A DNA stretch of 64,000 bases. Source: an uncultured Acidobacteriota bacterium. Lineage in GTDB: Bacteria > Acidobacteriota > Vicinamibacteria > Marinacidobacterales > SMYC01. How positions within the stretch are numbered: position 1 is the first letter of the stretch; every line of letters begins with the position of its first letter. The stretch spans positions 144,751-208,750 of the forward strand of contig CAVQUX010000025.1 of the NCBI GenBank assembly GCA_963716925.1, in the 5' to 3' direction. Below are positions 10,512 through 20,047 of this stretch, one piece after another. The notes below the pieces were generated by a model. The model did no database searches and had not been told where the DNA came from. It saw nothing but the letters and a program-made list of their open reading frames with translations. The translations under genes were made by a program, and so were the position numbers.

Positions 10512-13500
10512 ATGACAGAATCCAGATATCCTGATCCGCCAGGCATGGGTGTGCGGACCTGGGAACGTCCGCGCGGCATCGTGCCGATTCCCGATTCCGG
10601 CTCCACCGTCACGATCCTTCGCCCCGCATCGCCCGCCGCGGCGCGGGGGCTTCTCTTCGCGGCTCTCGCCCTGTTCCATCCCGGAGGCTGGCTCTGCGGC
10701 ACCCTCTACGCGCAGCAGGCCGAGGAAGCCTGGAGCGTCGAGACGCCCACCGGCCCCACGCACGAGCTGACCTTCGAGACCACCCAAGGCACCTGGATGA
10801 GCCTGGATGTTTCGCCCGACGGACGCTCGCTTGCCTTCGACCTGTTGGGCCACATCTATGAGATGCCGATCGCAGGCGGGGAAGCCCGGGCGCTCACCAG
10901 CGGGCGCTCCTGGAACCTGTTTCCCCGCTACAGCCCCGACGGCGAGTACCTGGCGTTCTCCTCGGATCGCTCCGGAAGCTACGACGTGTGGATCCTGGAC
11001 CGCCGGAGCGGCTCGCTCCGAAACCTCTCCGAATCGACGGAGAACGTGTACGAGCCGTCCTGGTCGCTCGACGGACTCCGTATCTACGCAGGCACCGAGG
11101 AGGACGGGTCTCCCAATCAACTCGTGGCCTTCGACCTCCGGGGCGGGCGACAAACTCTGGTCTCGGGCGAGGGATTCGTGAACGGATCTCGGCCGGAGCC
11201 CGGCGGGTCCGGACTCTTCTACGAGCGGGCCGGCCCGCCCCTCTATTCCTTCGCCTTCAATCCCTACGTCATCCCGCCCAGCGGTGCACGGGTCGAGCGC
11301 TACGACGAGGCCACGGGGGAGGTCACGGTCCACATCGAACGGCCGGGCGGCGCCTTCGCCCCGGTGCTTTCTCCCGACGGGAAGCAGCTGGCGTACGTCC
11401 ACCGCTCGGTGGACGACACCGTGTTGATCGTGCAGAACCTGGCCACCCGGAAGGAGCGCGTGTTGCTCCGGGGGCTCGATCGCGACCGGCAGGAGAGCTG
11501 GCAGCCGTACGGTCCCTACCCCAGCCTGGCCTGGCACCCCGACGGAAGGCGCCTCTTCCTGAACCTGGCCGGGGGCATCACGGCGGTCGACTGGGAAAGT
11601 GGCGAGACGACCCGCATCCCCTTCCGCGCCACCGTCGAGCGCCAGCTCTCGGAGACCATCCGGTTCAAGAGCGAGGAGCCGCGTGAGCGGACGCGGACGC
11701 GCGCCCAACGCTGGGGGACCCGGACGCCGCAGGGCGTACTGTTCGAAGCGCTCGGCGATCTCTGGCTGAAGGAAGGGGAGAGCGCTCCCCGCAATCTCAC
11801 CCGTTCGGACGCTCTGGAAACGAGCCCTGTGCAGGACCCGAGGACGGGTGCCCTCTATTACGCGGCCTGGACCGACGACGATTTCGGCGCCGTCTACCGG
11901 CTGGCCGATGGCCGCGCCGAGCGCCTGACGTCGGTGCCATCCCAATACGGAAGCCTGGCTCTTTCGCCCGACGGCAGCCGCCTCGCGTACGTGCGCGGCA
12001 CCGGGCTCCTCCAGCGCGGTGGGTGGCTCTCCAACGAGACCCGGTTCGACCTGGTGGTGCGCGAATCGACCGGCGCCGAGCGCCGCGTCACCGGCGTTAC
12101 CGGACAGCCGCTCGAGTACGCGAACATCGCGGGGAAGATTCCGCCCGGCGTGGTCTTCGATCGCACCGGCGACACGCTCTACTTCTCCGAGTTCGAGGAA
12201 AACGTCCTGGTACTCAAACGGATCCGCATCGACGGCACCGGAGAGACGCTGCTCTATCGCTTCCCGAACTCCGTAGCCGCGGTGATCTCCCCAGACCTGG
12301 CCTGGATCGCGATGCGTGAGTACCAGCGGAGCTTTCTCACTCCGTTCGCGTACGCGGGCAACCCCATCGACGTCTCGGCTTATGATCATCTCGGCTTCAC
12401 CGTCCGGGTGGATCCCGACGATGGCGGCTACCTCACCTGGTCGGCCGACGGCCGCACGCTGGGCTGGACCCGAGGGACGGGCTACTACGAGAAGGACGTC
12501 TCCGCCATCCTGTCCGAGCGGGAAGCCGCCGCGTCCACCGCGCGCCGCACCGAGCTTTCGATCGAGTTCGACGTCGACCGCTCCGAAGGAGCGGTCGCCC
12601 TCACTGGCGTTCGAGTGATCACCATGAACTCCGGTCGGGACGTGCTGGAGAACGCGACCGTGCTCGTCGAAGGGAGCCGGATCGCAGCGATCGGGCGGGA
12701 GGTGGAAATCCCGAGCGGCGCCAAGGTGTATGACCTCGGAGGCCGTACCGTCATCCCGGGGCTGGTGGACGCTCATGCCCACCCTCACATCGAGCATTCG
12801 TCGCTCCAGGTGATCGAGCAGCAACCCACCTACTTGAGCGGACCGCTCGCCTACGGAGTCACTACTCTCGTAGAGGTCTACGGTAACGAGTACCGCGACG
12901 GATGGCTCTCCGACATGCTGCGCGCGGGCCGGATCACGGGACCCCGGCTCTTCACGACCGGCTCGGTGATTTTCGGCGAGCGAAAAGGCATGCGGCTTCG
13001 GATGTTCCGGCCGATCGAAACCCTCGAGGACGCCCGCGAGCAGCTCCGCTGGAACAAGGACCACGGCGCGATCGCCGTGAAGGACTACGCTCAAGCCACC
13101 CGGAAGCGCCGGCACCTCGTGGCCACCGCGGCGCGCGAGCTCGGGCTCAACGTCGTTTCCGAGTCCGCGTCGGACCCGCAGATGAACTTCACGCAGCTAC
13201 TGGACGGTGTCACGGGAATCGAGCATTCCATGGGCCTCGCTCCGTTCTACGACGACGTCGTGCGGTTCTGGGGCGGCACCGCCGCCGGTATGACGCCGAC
13301 GCTGTTGGTGGTCTACAACGGCCACATGGGCGAGGGCTGGTTCCACCAGGGCAGCAAGCTGTGGGAGGATTCCAAGCTCACCCGCTTCATCACGCCGGAA
13401 CAGTTGATGCGGATCAGGAGCTCGACCCACCTCTGGCCGGAAGACATGTACGCCTGGCGGATGGCGTCGGAGCTCAGAAAGCTCTACTCCAACGGCACCT

Positions 13501-13838
13501 CGATTCAGCTGGGCGCTCACGGCCAGATGTTCGGACTCGACGCCCACTGGGAAATGCAACTTCTGGCAGAGGGCGGGTTCACGCCGGGTCAAGTGCTGGA
13601 GATCGCAACCATCAAGGGTGCCACGCACCACGGACTCGACGGCGACATCGGCTCGCTCGAGGTCGGAAAGCTCGCGGACCTGGTGGTGCTGGAAGCGAAC
13701 CCGCTGGAGAACATCGAGAACGCGCAAAAGATCGAGTACGTGATGAAGAACGGCGTTCTCTATGCTGGAGCGGATGCGTCCCGAGTCTGGCCCGATCCCC
13801 GGCCGGCACCGCGACCCTATTTCGCGTCAAGGGACTGA
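10512..13838 (+). CDS. TolB-like beta-propeller fused to a C-terminal metal-dependent amidohydrolase domain
   Basis: The N-terminal half has WD40/TolB-type repeats (SPDG...LAF/LAY motifs). The C-terminal half reads VITMNSGRDVLENATVLVEGSRIAAIGREVEIP...VIPGLVDAHAHPH, the amidohydrolase metal-binding signature. The start is uncertain (10461, 10512 or 10545). Confidence 0.8.
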   Translation: MTESRYPDPPGMGVRTWERPRGIVPIPDSGSTVTILRPASPAAARGLLFAALALFHPGGWLCGTLYAQQAEEAWSVETPTGPTHELTFETTQGTWMSLDVSPDGRSLAFDLLGHIYEMPIAGGEARALTSGRSWNLFPRYSPDGEYLAFSSDRSGSYDVWILDRRSGSLRNLSESTENVYEPSWSLDGLRIYAGTEEDGSPNQLVAFDLRGGRQTLVSGEGFVNGSRPEPGGSGLFYERAGPPLYSFAFNPYVIPPSGARVERYDEATGEVTVHIERPGGAFAPVLSPDGKQLAYVHRSVDDTVLIVQNLATRKERVLLRGLDRDRQESWQPYGPYPSLAWHPDGRRLFLNLAGGITAVDWESGETTRIPFRATVERQLSETIRFKSEEPRERTRTRAQRWGTRTPQGVLFEALGDLWLKEGESAPRNLTRSDALETSPVQDPRTGALYYAAWTDDDFGAVYRLADGRAERLTSVPSQYGSLALSPDGSRLAYVRGTGLLQRGGWLSNETRFDLVVRESTGAERRVTGVTGQPLEYANIAGKIPPGVVFDRTGDTLYFSEFEENVLVLKRIRIDGTGETLLYRFPNSVAAVISPDLAWIAMREYQRSFLTPFAYAGNPIDVSAYDHLGFTVRVDPDDGGYLTWSADGRTLGWTRGTGYYEKDVSAILSEREAAASTARRTELSIEFDVDRSEGAVALTGVRVITMNSGRDVLENATVLVEGSRIAAIGREVEIPSGAKVYDLGGRTVIPGLVDAHAHPHIEHSSLQVIEQQPTYLSGPLAYGVTTLVEVYGNEYRDGWLSDMLRAGRITGPRLFTTGSVIFGERKGMRLRMFRPIETLEDAREQLRWNKDHGAIAVKDYAQATRKRRHLVATAARELGLNVVSESASDPQMNFTQLLDGVTGIEHSMGLAPFYDDVVRFWGGTAAGMTPTLLVVYNGHMGEGWFHQGSKLWEDSKLTRFITPEQLMRIRSSTHLWPEDMYAWRMASELRKLYSNGTSIQLGAHGQMFGLDAHWEMQLLAEGGFTPGQVLEIATIKGATHHGLDGDIGSLEVGKLADLVVLEANPLENIENAQKIEYVMKNGVLYAGADASRVWPDPRPAPRPYFASRD

Positions 13839-13925
13839 CCGGAGAGTTTTCGAGCCGCTCAGGCCAGAGCGCGGCGGCCCGGCGGGCCACCGCCGGGCTC
13901 GCGCGCTATTCGATCCGTAGAAGCT

Positions 13926-15629
13926 TCAACGCATGCGGGAGGAGGTGAGCTTGACGTCGGCCCGCGACCAGGCCTTCTCGAAACGCTCTTTCATCAGCGC
14001 CGCCTGCTCGGTCTTGCCCTGGGCCTCGAGCGCCTTCGTGAGCCCGTAGAGAGACCATCCGTTCTCGCGGTTGCGCCGGAGGTCCTCCCAGTAGATCGTC
14101 TCCGCCTCGCGCGCGCGGCCGGCCTCGAGGAGAACCCCTGCCAGTGCATGCCGCGGTGGATAATGCCATTCGCTGGGCTCGGTGTAGACCAGGCTGTCCT
14201 CGAGACGAACCGCCCTCTCGAGATGGGAGATCGCTTCGTCGTAGTTCTTCTTCGCGGCTTCGACCTCGCCCCCGAGGACTTCGGGCGCGATCGAGAAAAT
14301 GACGTTGGCTCTATTCGGCGAGAACAGCGCGAAGTCCAGCGCCGGGTCCTTGGCGATGCGCTTCACCTCGGCGAGCTCCTTCTCCGCCTCCGCGAGATTG
14401 CCCTTCCCCAGGAACGACAGGCCTCGCGCGTAATGCCAGACGCCCGTCACGTACAGGCTGCTCGCAGGAGGCGCCGGCTCTTTCAGCATCTCGTCCCATC
14501 GCCCGAAGCGGGAGAGCGCGTAATACGGAACCACGCGGAACCCCGCGGTCAGTGGCATTTCCTTCAAGGCCTCGTCGGGGACCTTCGCCGCGACCTTGCG
14601 GGCGTTGTCGATCGCGAGCTGGCCGCGGCCGTCCATGGTCGCCGCGAACCACAGGAAGTGGATGTTGTGGGGGTAGTAGCCCATGGGATACAGACCCTGG
14701 GCCCGGCACTGGGTGATGTAGTCCTCGTCGGCGAGGACCGCGAGCTCGTTGCTTCTCGCGGCATCTTCATACCGCCCGATGCGCTGGTAGATATGCGAGG
14801 GCATGTGGACCATGTGCCCCGCCCCGGGCATGAGGGTCAGCAGCCAATCGGCCGCGATCGCCGCTTTCTCCGGCGTCTCGGTAGGTTCCATCAGATGGAT
14901 GTAGAGATGGAGCGCCAGGGGGTGGTGCGAGTCACGCTCGAGCACCGACTCGATGAGGGACACGATTTCGGTCGTCCCCTCCTGGGGCTCGCCGTCCGGC
15001 ATCCAGTAGCCCCAGGGCCTCAGATCCATCATGGATTCGGCATAGAGAGCCTGGGCGTCGAGGTCGTCGGGAAAGCTCTTCGCCACCGCCCGCATCGCCT
15101 CGGCGAAGGCCTTGTCGGCTGCCGCCCGGTCCTCGGCCTTGCCCGTATACCTCTTCGCGAGGGCATCGATATAGGCCTGCTCCCGCGGCGACGCCTTGGA
15201 CTTCAGCGACACCGCTTTCTGGACCAGCTCGTAGGCCGTGGGCTCCTGGGCCGGCTCCATCACCGCGTTGATGTTCGGGCCGAGGACCAGCGCCTGCCCC
15301 CAGTAGGCCATCGCCAGGTCGGGATCGAGCCGCGCCGCCTCGCGGAAGGATCGGCCGGCTTCGGCGTGGTTGAATCCGAAGGCCAGATTCAGCCCCTGGT
15401 TCATGAAGAGCTGCGCATCCCTCGAGAGCGTGGTGACCGGGAAGGTGTGCGGCCCGAGGTTCTGAAGACGGGGCGCCAGCTCCCCCGTCGGGGCCGGAAC
15501 GTTCGCCTTCACGTCTTCTTTATAATGTTGATGGGACGGCGCCTGGGACTGAGCCAGTACGGGTGACGTCAAAAGGACGGCGACCACGGCGACCCTCGTG
15601 CCGAAAGCGACAGTTCGAAACGGTTTCAT
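13926..15629 (-). CDS. secreted TPR-repeat protein
   Basis: Signal peptide MKPFRTVAFGTRVAVVAVLLTSPVLAQS and helical-repeat composition. Its last ~22 codons are duplicated at 10268-10345. Confidence 0.75.
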   Translation of the reverse strand: MKPFRTVAFGTRVAVVAVLLTSPVLAQSQAPSHQHYKEDVKANVPAPTGELAPRLQNLGPHTFPVTTLSRDAQLFMNQGLNLAFGFNHAEAGRSFREAARLDPDLAMAYWGQALVLGPNINAVMEPAQEPTAYELVQKAVSLKSKASPREQAYIDALAKRYTGKAEDRAAADKAFAEAMRAVAKSFPDDLDAQALYAESMMDLRPWGYWMPDGEPQEGTTEIVSLIESVLERDSHHPLALHLYIHLMEPTETPEKAAIAADWLLTLMPGAGHMVHMPSHIYQRIGRYEDAARSNELAVLADEDYITQCRAQGLYPMGYYPHNIHFLWFAATMDGRGQLAIDNARKVAAKVPDEALKEMPLTAGFRVVPYYALSRFGRWDEMLKEPAPPASSLYVTGVWHYARGLSFLGKGNLAEAEKELAEVKRIAKDPALDFALFSPNRANVIFSIAPEVLGGEVEAAKKNYDEAISHLERAVRLEDSLVYTEPSEWHYPPRHALAGVLLEAGRAREAETIYWEDLRRNRENGWSLYGLTKALEAQGKTEQAALMKERFEKAWSRADVKLTSSRMR

Positions 15630-15692
15630 GCAGTTCCTCCTTCCGCTTCGCGATACGCGGGATTATAACAAACCCGCCAGGAGACCGAACCG

Positions 15693-16151
15693 ATGAAAAA
15701 GAAGACTCCGAGACAGGAACTCGACGGATTCCTCTCCAAGTACGAACCGGACATCGCGTCCGAAGCGCGCAAGGTGCTGGCGAAGATGCGCACGCGCCTC
15801 CCCGGCGCGATCGAGCTCGTGTACGACAACTACAACGCCCTGGCGATCGGCTTCGGCCCGACGGAGCGGGCCTCCGAGGCGATTTTCTCCATCGCCGTTT
15901 TTCCGCGCTGGGTCAGTCTTTTCTTCCTCCAGGGAGCGAAGCTCGATGATACCGACAAGGTCCTCAAAGGAAGCGGAAACGTCGTCCGCCATATCGTCCT
16001 CGAGGGCCCCGCGACCCTCGACCGGCCCGCGGTCAAGGCGCTGATGAAACAAGCGCTGGAGCGCGCCAAAAAACCCCTCGAAAGGAAAGCCCGCGGCCGG
16101 GTGATCATCAAGTCGATCTCCGCGAAGCAGCGTCCCCGACGGCCCGCGTAG
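15693..16151 (+). CDS. DUF1801 (YdhG-like) domain protein
   Basis: 152 aa with the characteristic ...YEPDIASEARKVLAKMRTRLPGAIELVYDNYNALAIGFGP... pattern. Confidence 0.6.
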   Translation: MKKKTPRQELDGFLSKYEPDIASEARKVLAKMRTRLPGAIELVYDNYNALAIGFGPTERASEAIFSIAVFPRWVSLFFLQGAKLDDTDKVLKGSGNVVRHIVLEGPATLDRPAVKALMKQALERAKKPLERKARGRVIIKSISAKQRPRRPA

Positions 16152-16193
16152 ACGCTTGACTCCCGGGTCCGCCCGGAGCGAGACTCCCGCAAC

Positions 16194-17810
16194 ATGCGCA
16201 AGAATTTTCTTCTCCTCGCGATCCTCGGCGCCGGCTGCGCCCCCGAGCCCGACTATGACGTCGTCCTCCGCAACGGCACGGTGTTCGATGGCTCCGGAAA
16301 GCCGCCGTTCGAAGGGGACGTCGCTTTCGATGGCGACCGCATCGCCGCCGTCGGACGGATTGCCGGCAAGGGCGAGGTCGAGATCGACGCCAAGGGACTC
16401 TACGTCGCCCCCGGGTTCATCGACATGCACAGTCATTCGGAGGAGGGACGGCTCCTGCACGAGGGGCGGGGACCCTCCTTCGCGCTTCAGGGCTTCACCA
16501 CGGAAATCTACGGCGAGACGACGTCGATGGGACCGCTCGGCGGGAAGCGCGAGGACGACACCCCCGATTCTCTGAAGGGGAAATGGAAGACGCTCGGGGA
16601 GTTTCTGACCTTCATGGAGCAGCAGGGCATCGACATCAACGTGGCTTCCTACGTCGGATCCGGAGGAATCCGCGCTTACGTCATGGGTTACGAGGCTCGC
16701 CCTCCGACCGAAGGGGAGCTCGAGGAAATGAAGGCGCTGGTGCGCCAGGCCATGAAAGAAGGCGCCTTCGGCGTTTCCGCGGGAATGAGCTACGTCCCCA
16801 ACATCTATATGTCGACCGACGAGCTCGCGGCACTGGTGAAGGAAGCGGCGGCGGTCGGGGGGATCTACGCCAACCATGCCCGCACCATGAACGGCACCGA
16901 CCCGAACGCCATCCGCGAAGGGATCGAGATCGCCGAGAAATCCGGAGCCCCGCTCCACTTCTTCCATCTGAACTCGCTCTCCTCGACCAGGGCGACGGAG
17001 TTTCTCGCCATCATCGACGAAGCGCGCGACCGCGGGATCCGGGTGACGGGCGACTCCTATACCTATACCTGGGGAATCACCGGACTTTCGGACTACATCC
17101 CCGCCTGGGCGCAGGAGGGGGGACGGGAAGCGATGCTAGCGCGGCTGCGCGATCCCAAGGAGCGCGAGCGCATCGCCCGGGACTTCGTGGACGAGCCACC
17201 GTATCTCGCGAACATCGGCTGGCACCACGTCCGGCTCGGGGTGGACGATCCCGAGGTGAACGGAAAGCTGGTGGAGGAAGTCTCCGAGATGCGGGAGATG
17301 CCGCCGGAAGAGGTCTTCATGGACGTCGTTCTGAAGGCGGAAGGCCGCGGCATCGTCATCGACTGGAACAATGAGGAGGACACGCTGCGGCAGGTGCTGG
17401 TTCAGCCCTACGTCGCCGGCGGCACCGACGGCGGGGCGCTGGATCTCGAGTGGAAGGATCTTCCGCCTCTGGTGCACCCGCGGCACCTCGGCACCGCTCC
17501 TCGCTTTCTCGGGACCTACGTTCGCGAGGAGAAGCTCCTGAGCTGGGAGGAAGCGATACGGAAGCTCTCTTCCCTGCCCGCGGAGACCCTCGGAATCGAG
17601 GACCGCGGCCTGGTGAAGCCCGGCCAGTTCGCGGACGTGGTCGCCTTCGACCCCGAGACCATCGCCGGAAAAGCGACATTCGAGGATCCGTTTCACTATT
17701 CCGTCGGGATGCGGCACGTCTTCGTGAACGGCGTCGCGGTGGTGAGGGACGGCAACTACACCCGCGAGCGACCCGGCCGGGCGCTGCGGGGACCGGGATA
17801 CGAGCCCTGA
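16194..17810 (+). CDS. D-aminoacylase (N-acyl-D-amino-acid deacylase) family amidohydrolase, lipoprotein
   Basis: Lipobox LGAGCAP, then DVVLRNGTVFDGSG...GFIDMHSHSE metal-binding motif. Confidence 0.85.
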   Translation: MRKNFLLLAILGAGCAPEPDYDVVLRNGTVFDGSGKPPFEGDVAFDGDRIAAVGRIAGKGEVEIDAKGLYVAPGFIDMHSHSEEGRLLHEGRGPSFALQGFTTEIYGETTSMGPLGGKREDDTPDSLKGKWKTLGEFLTFMEQQGIDINVASYVGSGGIRAYVMGYEARPPTEGELEEMKALVRQAMKEGAFGVSAGMSYVPNIYMSTDELAALVKEAAAVGGIYANHARTMNGTDPNAIREGIEIAEKSGAPLHFFHLNSLSSTRATEFLAIIDEARDRGIRVTGDSYTYTWGITGLSDYIPAWAQEGGREAMLARLRDPKERERIARDFVDEPPYLANIGWHHVRLGVDDPEVNGKLVEEVSEMREMPPEEVFMDVVLKAEGRGIVIDWNNEEDTLRQVLVQPYVAGGTDGGALDLEWKDLPPLVHPRHLGTAPRFLGTYVREEKLLSWEEAIRKLSSLPAETLGIEDRGLVKPGQFADVVAFDPETIAGKATFEDPFHYSVGMRHVFVNGVAVVRDGNYTRERPGRALRGPGYEP

Positions 17811-17811
17811 G

Positions 17812-18618
17812 TTGAACCGCGTCATATCGCTGGTCGAGACGCCTCTCCTCCATGTCACCAGGTTCGAGCATCCGGAGGAAGAGCCCCACCACGACCCTCG
17901 CGAGGAGCATTCGTCCTCGATCTCCCTGAGCTTCGTGCTGCGGGGGTCTTTCTCCATACGGGCGGGCTCGAAGAGGTTCGATTTGACCTCGCGGACGGTC
18001 TTCGCGACCCATCCCGGGCTCTCTTACCGAACTCGCCATGCGGACGATCTTCCGACGGATACCTGCCTCTCGATCGACTACTCCCCCGGGTTCCTGGGCG
18101 ACGAGCCCTCGGTGAAGTCTCCGGCCGAGCCGGTTCTCGATCTGACCAACCGCACCGCCTATTTGAAATGGCGGCTGGAGCGCGCGGTGGAGCAGAAGCG
18201 AGAGCCCGCGGAGTTCGAAGAGATCGGGGCGGAGCTCCTCTCTTCCATAGGCGGGGAGCCCGGCGCGAAGCTCTTCGGAGAGCGCAGCCTCGCCTGGTAC
18301 GCGGAGCGAATCGAGCACGCGCGCGCCCTCATCGTGAGCTCGTTTCGGGAGGAACATTCCCTCGGGTCGCTTTCGCGAGCGGTCGGCATGAGCCCGTTCC
18401 ACTTCGCGAGGCTCTTTCGATCGCTCGTCGGCAGTCCGCCGGGCCGGTACCTGCTCGTAACCCGCCTCGACCACGCCTACCGGCTCCTGCGGGAGGACCG
18501 CCCGGTGACCGAGGTGTGCTTCGATTGCGGGTTCCGAAACCTGAGCTACTTCGTCCGGGCGTTTCGAAAGCGCCATCGAATCCCGCCCTCCGCCGTTCGC
18601 CGGCACCCGCGAAAATAG
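17812..18618 (+). CDS. AraC-family transcriptional regulator
   Basis: C-terminal double HTH: LGSLSRAVGMSPFHFARLFRSLVGSPPGRYLLVTRLDHAYRLL...VTEVCFDCGFRNLSYFVRAFRKRH. Confidence 0.8.
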   Translation: MNRVISLVETPLLHVTRFEHPEEEPHHDPREEHSSSISLSFVLRGSFSIRAGSKRFDLTSRTVFATHPGLSYRTRHADDLPTDTCLSIDYSPGFLGDEPSVKSPAEPVLDLTNRTAYLKWRLERAVEQKREPAEFEEIGAELLSSIGGEPGAKLFGERSLAWYAERIEHARALIVSSFREEHSLGSLSRAVGMSPFHFARLFRSLVGSPPGRYLLVTRLDHAYRLLREDRPVTEVCFDCGFRNLSYFVRAFRKRHRIPPSAVRRHPRK

Positions 18619-18682
18619 CAAGATAGTGCAAGCGGTCTTTCCCCTTTGCGGCGGAGACTCGCCGTCGAAGGAGAGACGACCC

Positions 18683-19603
18683 ATGCTGAAGAGCTCGCTG
18701 ACCGCTCTGTGTCTGGCTCTGATCCCGATGACTTCCGCGGCATCCGTTCCCGCGGAGAAATCCCTGGTGCCGGTCGCGGGGGACGACCGCCCCGCCGACC
18801 GCGACGCCATCCGCGCGCACATCGATCGCATCTTCCAGGCCTACATCCGGAAGGATCGGCCGACGATCGAAGCGACGCACTCGGCGGAGTGGCGCGGTTT
18901 TCTCGGCGCATCCCGGAGCATCCTTCGCGGACTCGACACCTACATGGAAGGCGCGGACGCCTTTCTGAGCCTTCCCGGAGGTATCGCCGGCTACCGCTTC
19001 GAGGATTTCGACCTGCTGTTCTACGGAGACGTCGGCCTCGTCAGCTACATCGCGGACGTGGACATCACCAACGGGGAGACCCCGCCCGAGCTGTACAAGA
19101 CGAAGTACCGCTCGATCGACGTCTACGCCAAGCTGGACGGCCGCTGGACGCAGGTGGCGTCCCATTTGAACACCCACCCGGACATCCTCGAAGCCCGGAG
19201 CCAGGAGCCGCAGACGGTGAGCGCGGCCGCCCGCGAGGAGATCCTGGCGCGGCGCGAGGCGGTGTGGCTTGCGTTCTTTTCCAACGACCGCACCCGGCTC
19301 GAGGAGCTGGTTCCCGCGGACACCGTCGCCATCGACGCCGGTGAGGAAGCCTGGCACGACCGCGGCTCCGTTCTCGCGGGCGCCTCGGCCTTCGCCGCGA
19401 GTGGAGCGAAGCTCGTTCGCCTGGAGTTCCCTCGAACCGAGATTCGGGTCTACGGGGATACCGTGATCCTCTACACCACCTACTCCTACGAGATCGAGAA
19501 CGAGGGCGAGCGCGAGGTCTACTCCGGGCGCGGCACGGAAGTCTTCGTGAACCGCAAGGGAGAGCTGGTGAACGTCGGCTGGCACCTCGACTCCGGCCGT
19601 TAG
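18683..19603 (+). CDS. secreted protein with two tandem NTF2-like (DUF4440/SnoaL-like) domains
   Basis: Signal peptide MLKSSLTALCLALIPMTSAASVPA. Two repeats have the DREAI...IF..Y pattern of DUF4440. Confidence 0.65.
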   Translation: MLKSSLTALCLALIPMTSAASVPAEKSLVPVAGDDRPADRDAIRAHIDRIFQAYIRKDRPTIEATHSAEWRGFLGASRSILRGLDTYMEGADAFLSLPGGIAGYRFEDFDLLFYGDVGLVSYIADVDITNGETPPELYKTKYRSIDVYAKLDGRWTQVASHLNTHPDILEARSQEPQTVSAAAREEILARREAVWLAFFSNDRTRLEELVPADTVAIDAGEEAWHDRGSVLAGASAFAASGAKLVRLEFPRTEIRVYGDTVILYTTYSYEIENEGEREVYSGRGTEVFVNRKGELVNVGWHLDSGR

Positions 19604-19625
19604 TATCGATAGAATCCCGAACGGG

Positions 19626-20047
19626 ATGGTGCCCTTTTTCTGCTCCTCCTCGCGGCGTCGACGCCGGAAGCGGAGATCCGGAGCCTGTTCGATCGGCTCA
19701 TGGACGCCGACAACCGGGGCGACGTCGACGCGGTTCTCGAGTGCTATGCCGGGGACGCCGTGCTCCTCCCGCCGGGAGGCGCTTCCGTCCAGGGCGTCGA
19801 GAACATCCGTCCGAGATACGAAGCCCTCTTCAGCTCCAGCCGGCTGGAGGTTCGGATGGACGTCGACTCCATCGAGGTGAATGGCGCTCTCGCTTTCAGC
19901 CGCGGTTTCACCCGAGGTCGGACGATCCCGAGGGACGGCTCGCCTCCGCGGGGAATCGCCGATCGATACCTGATGGTCCTGCGCCGGAAGCCGGGAGGGG
20001 ACTGGAAGATCGCCGCCTTGATGTGGGGTCCCGTCAGCGCGGATTGA
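19626..20047 (+). pseudogene. SnoaL-like/NTF2-fold protein with an apparent 1-nt frameshift in a T5 run at 19635-19639
   Basis: The ATG at 19626 gives MVPFF, then runs out of frame. The domain frame (19613 onward) reads ...GALFLLLLAASTPEAEIRSLFDRLMDADNRGDVDAVLECYAGDA. One extra T would give the intact MVPFFLLLLAAS... signal peptide. Confidence 0.55.

Noticed and set aside
10482-13115. 877 aa minus-strand ORF
   Set aside because: Antisense to the TolB-amidohydrolase gene. Low-complexity Arg/Gly/Pro-rich translation. Shadow ORF.
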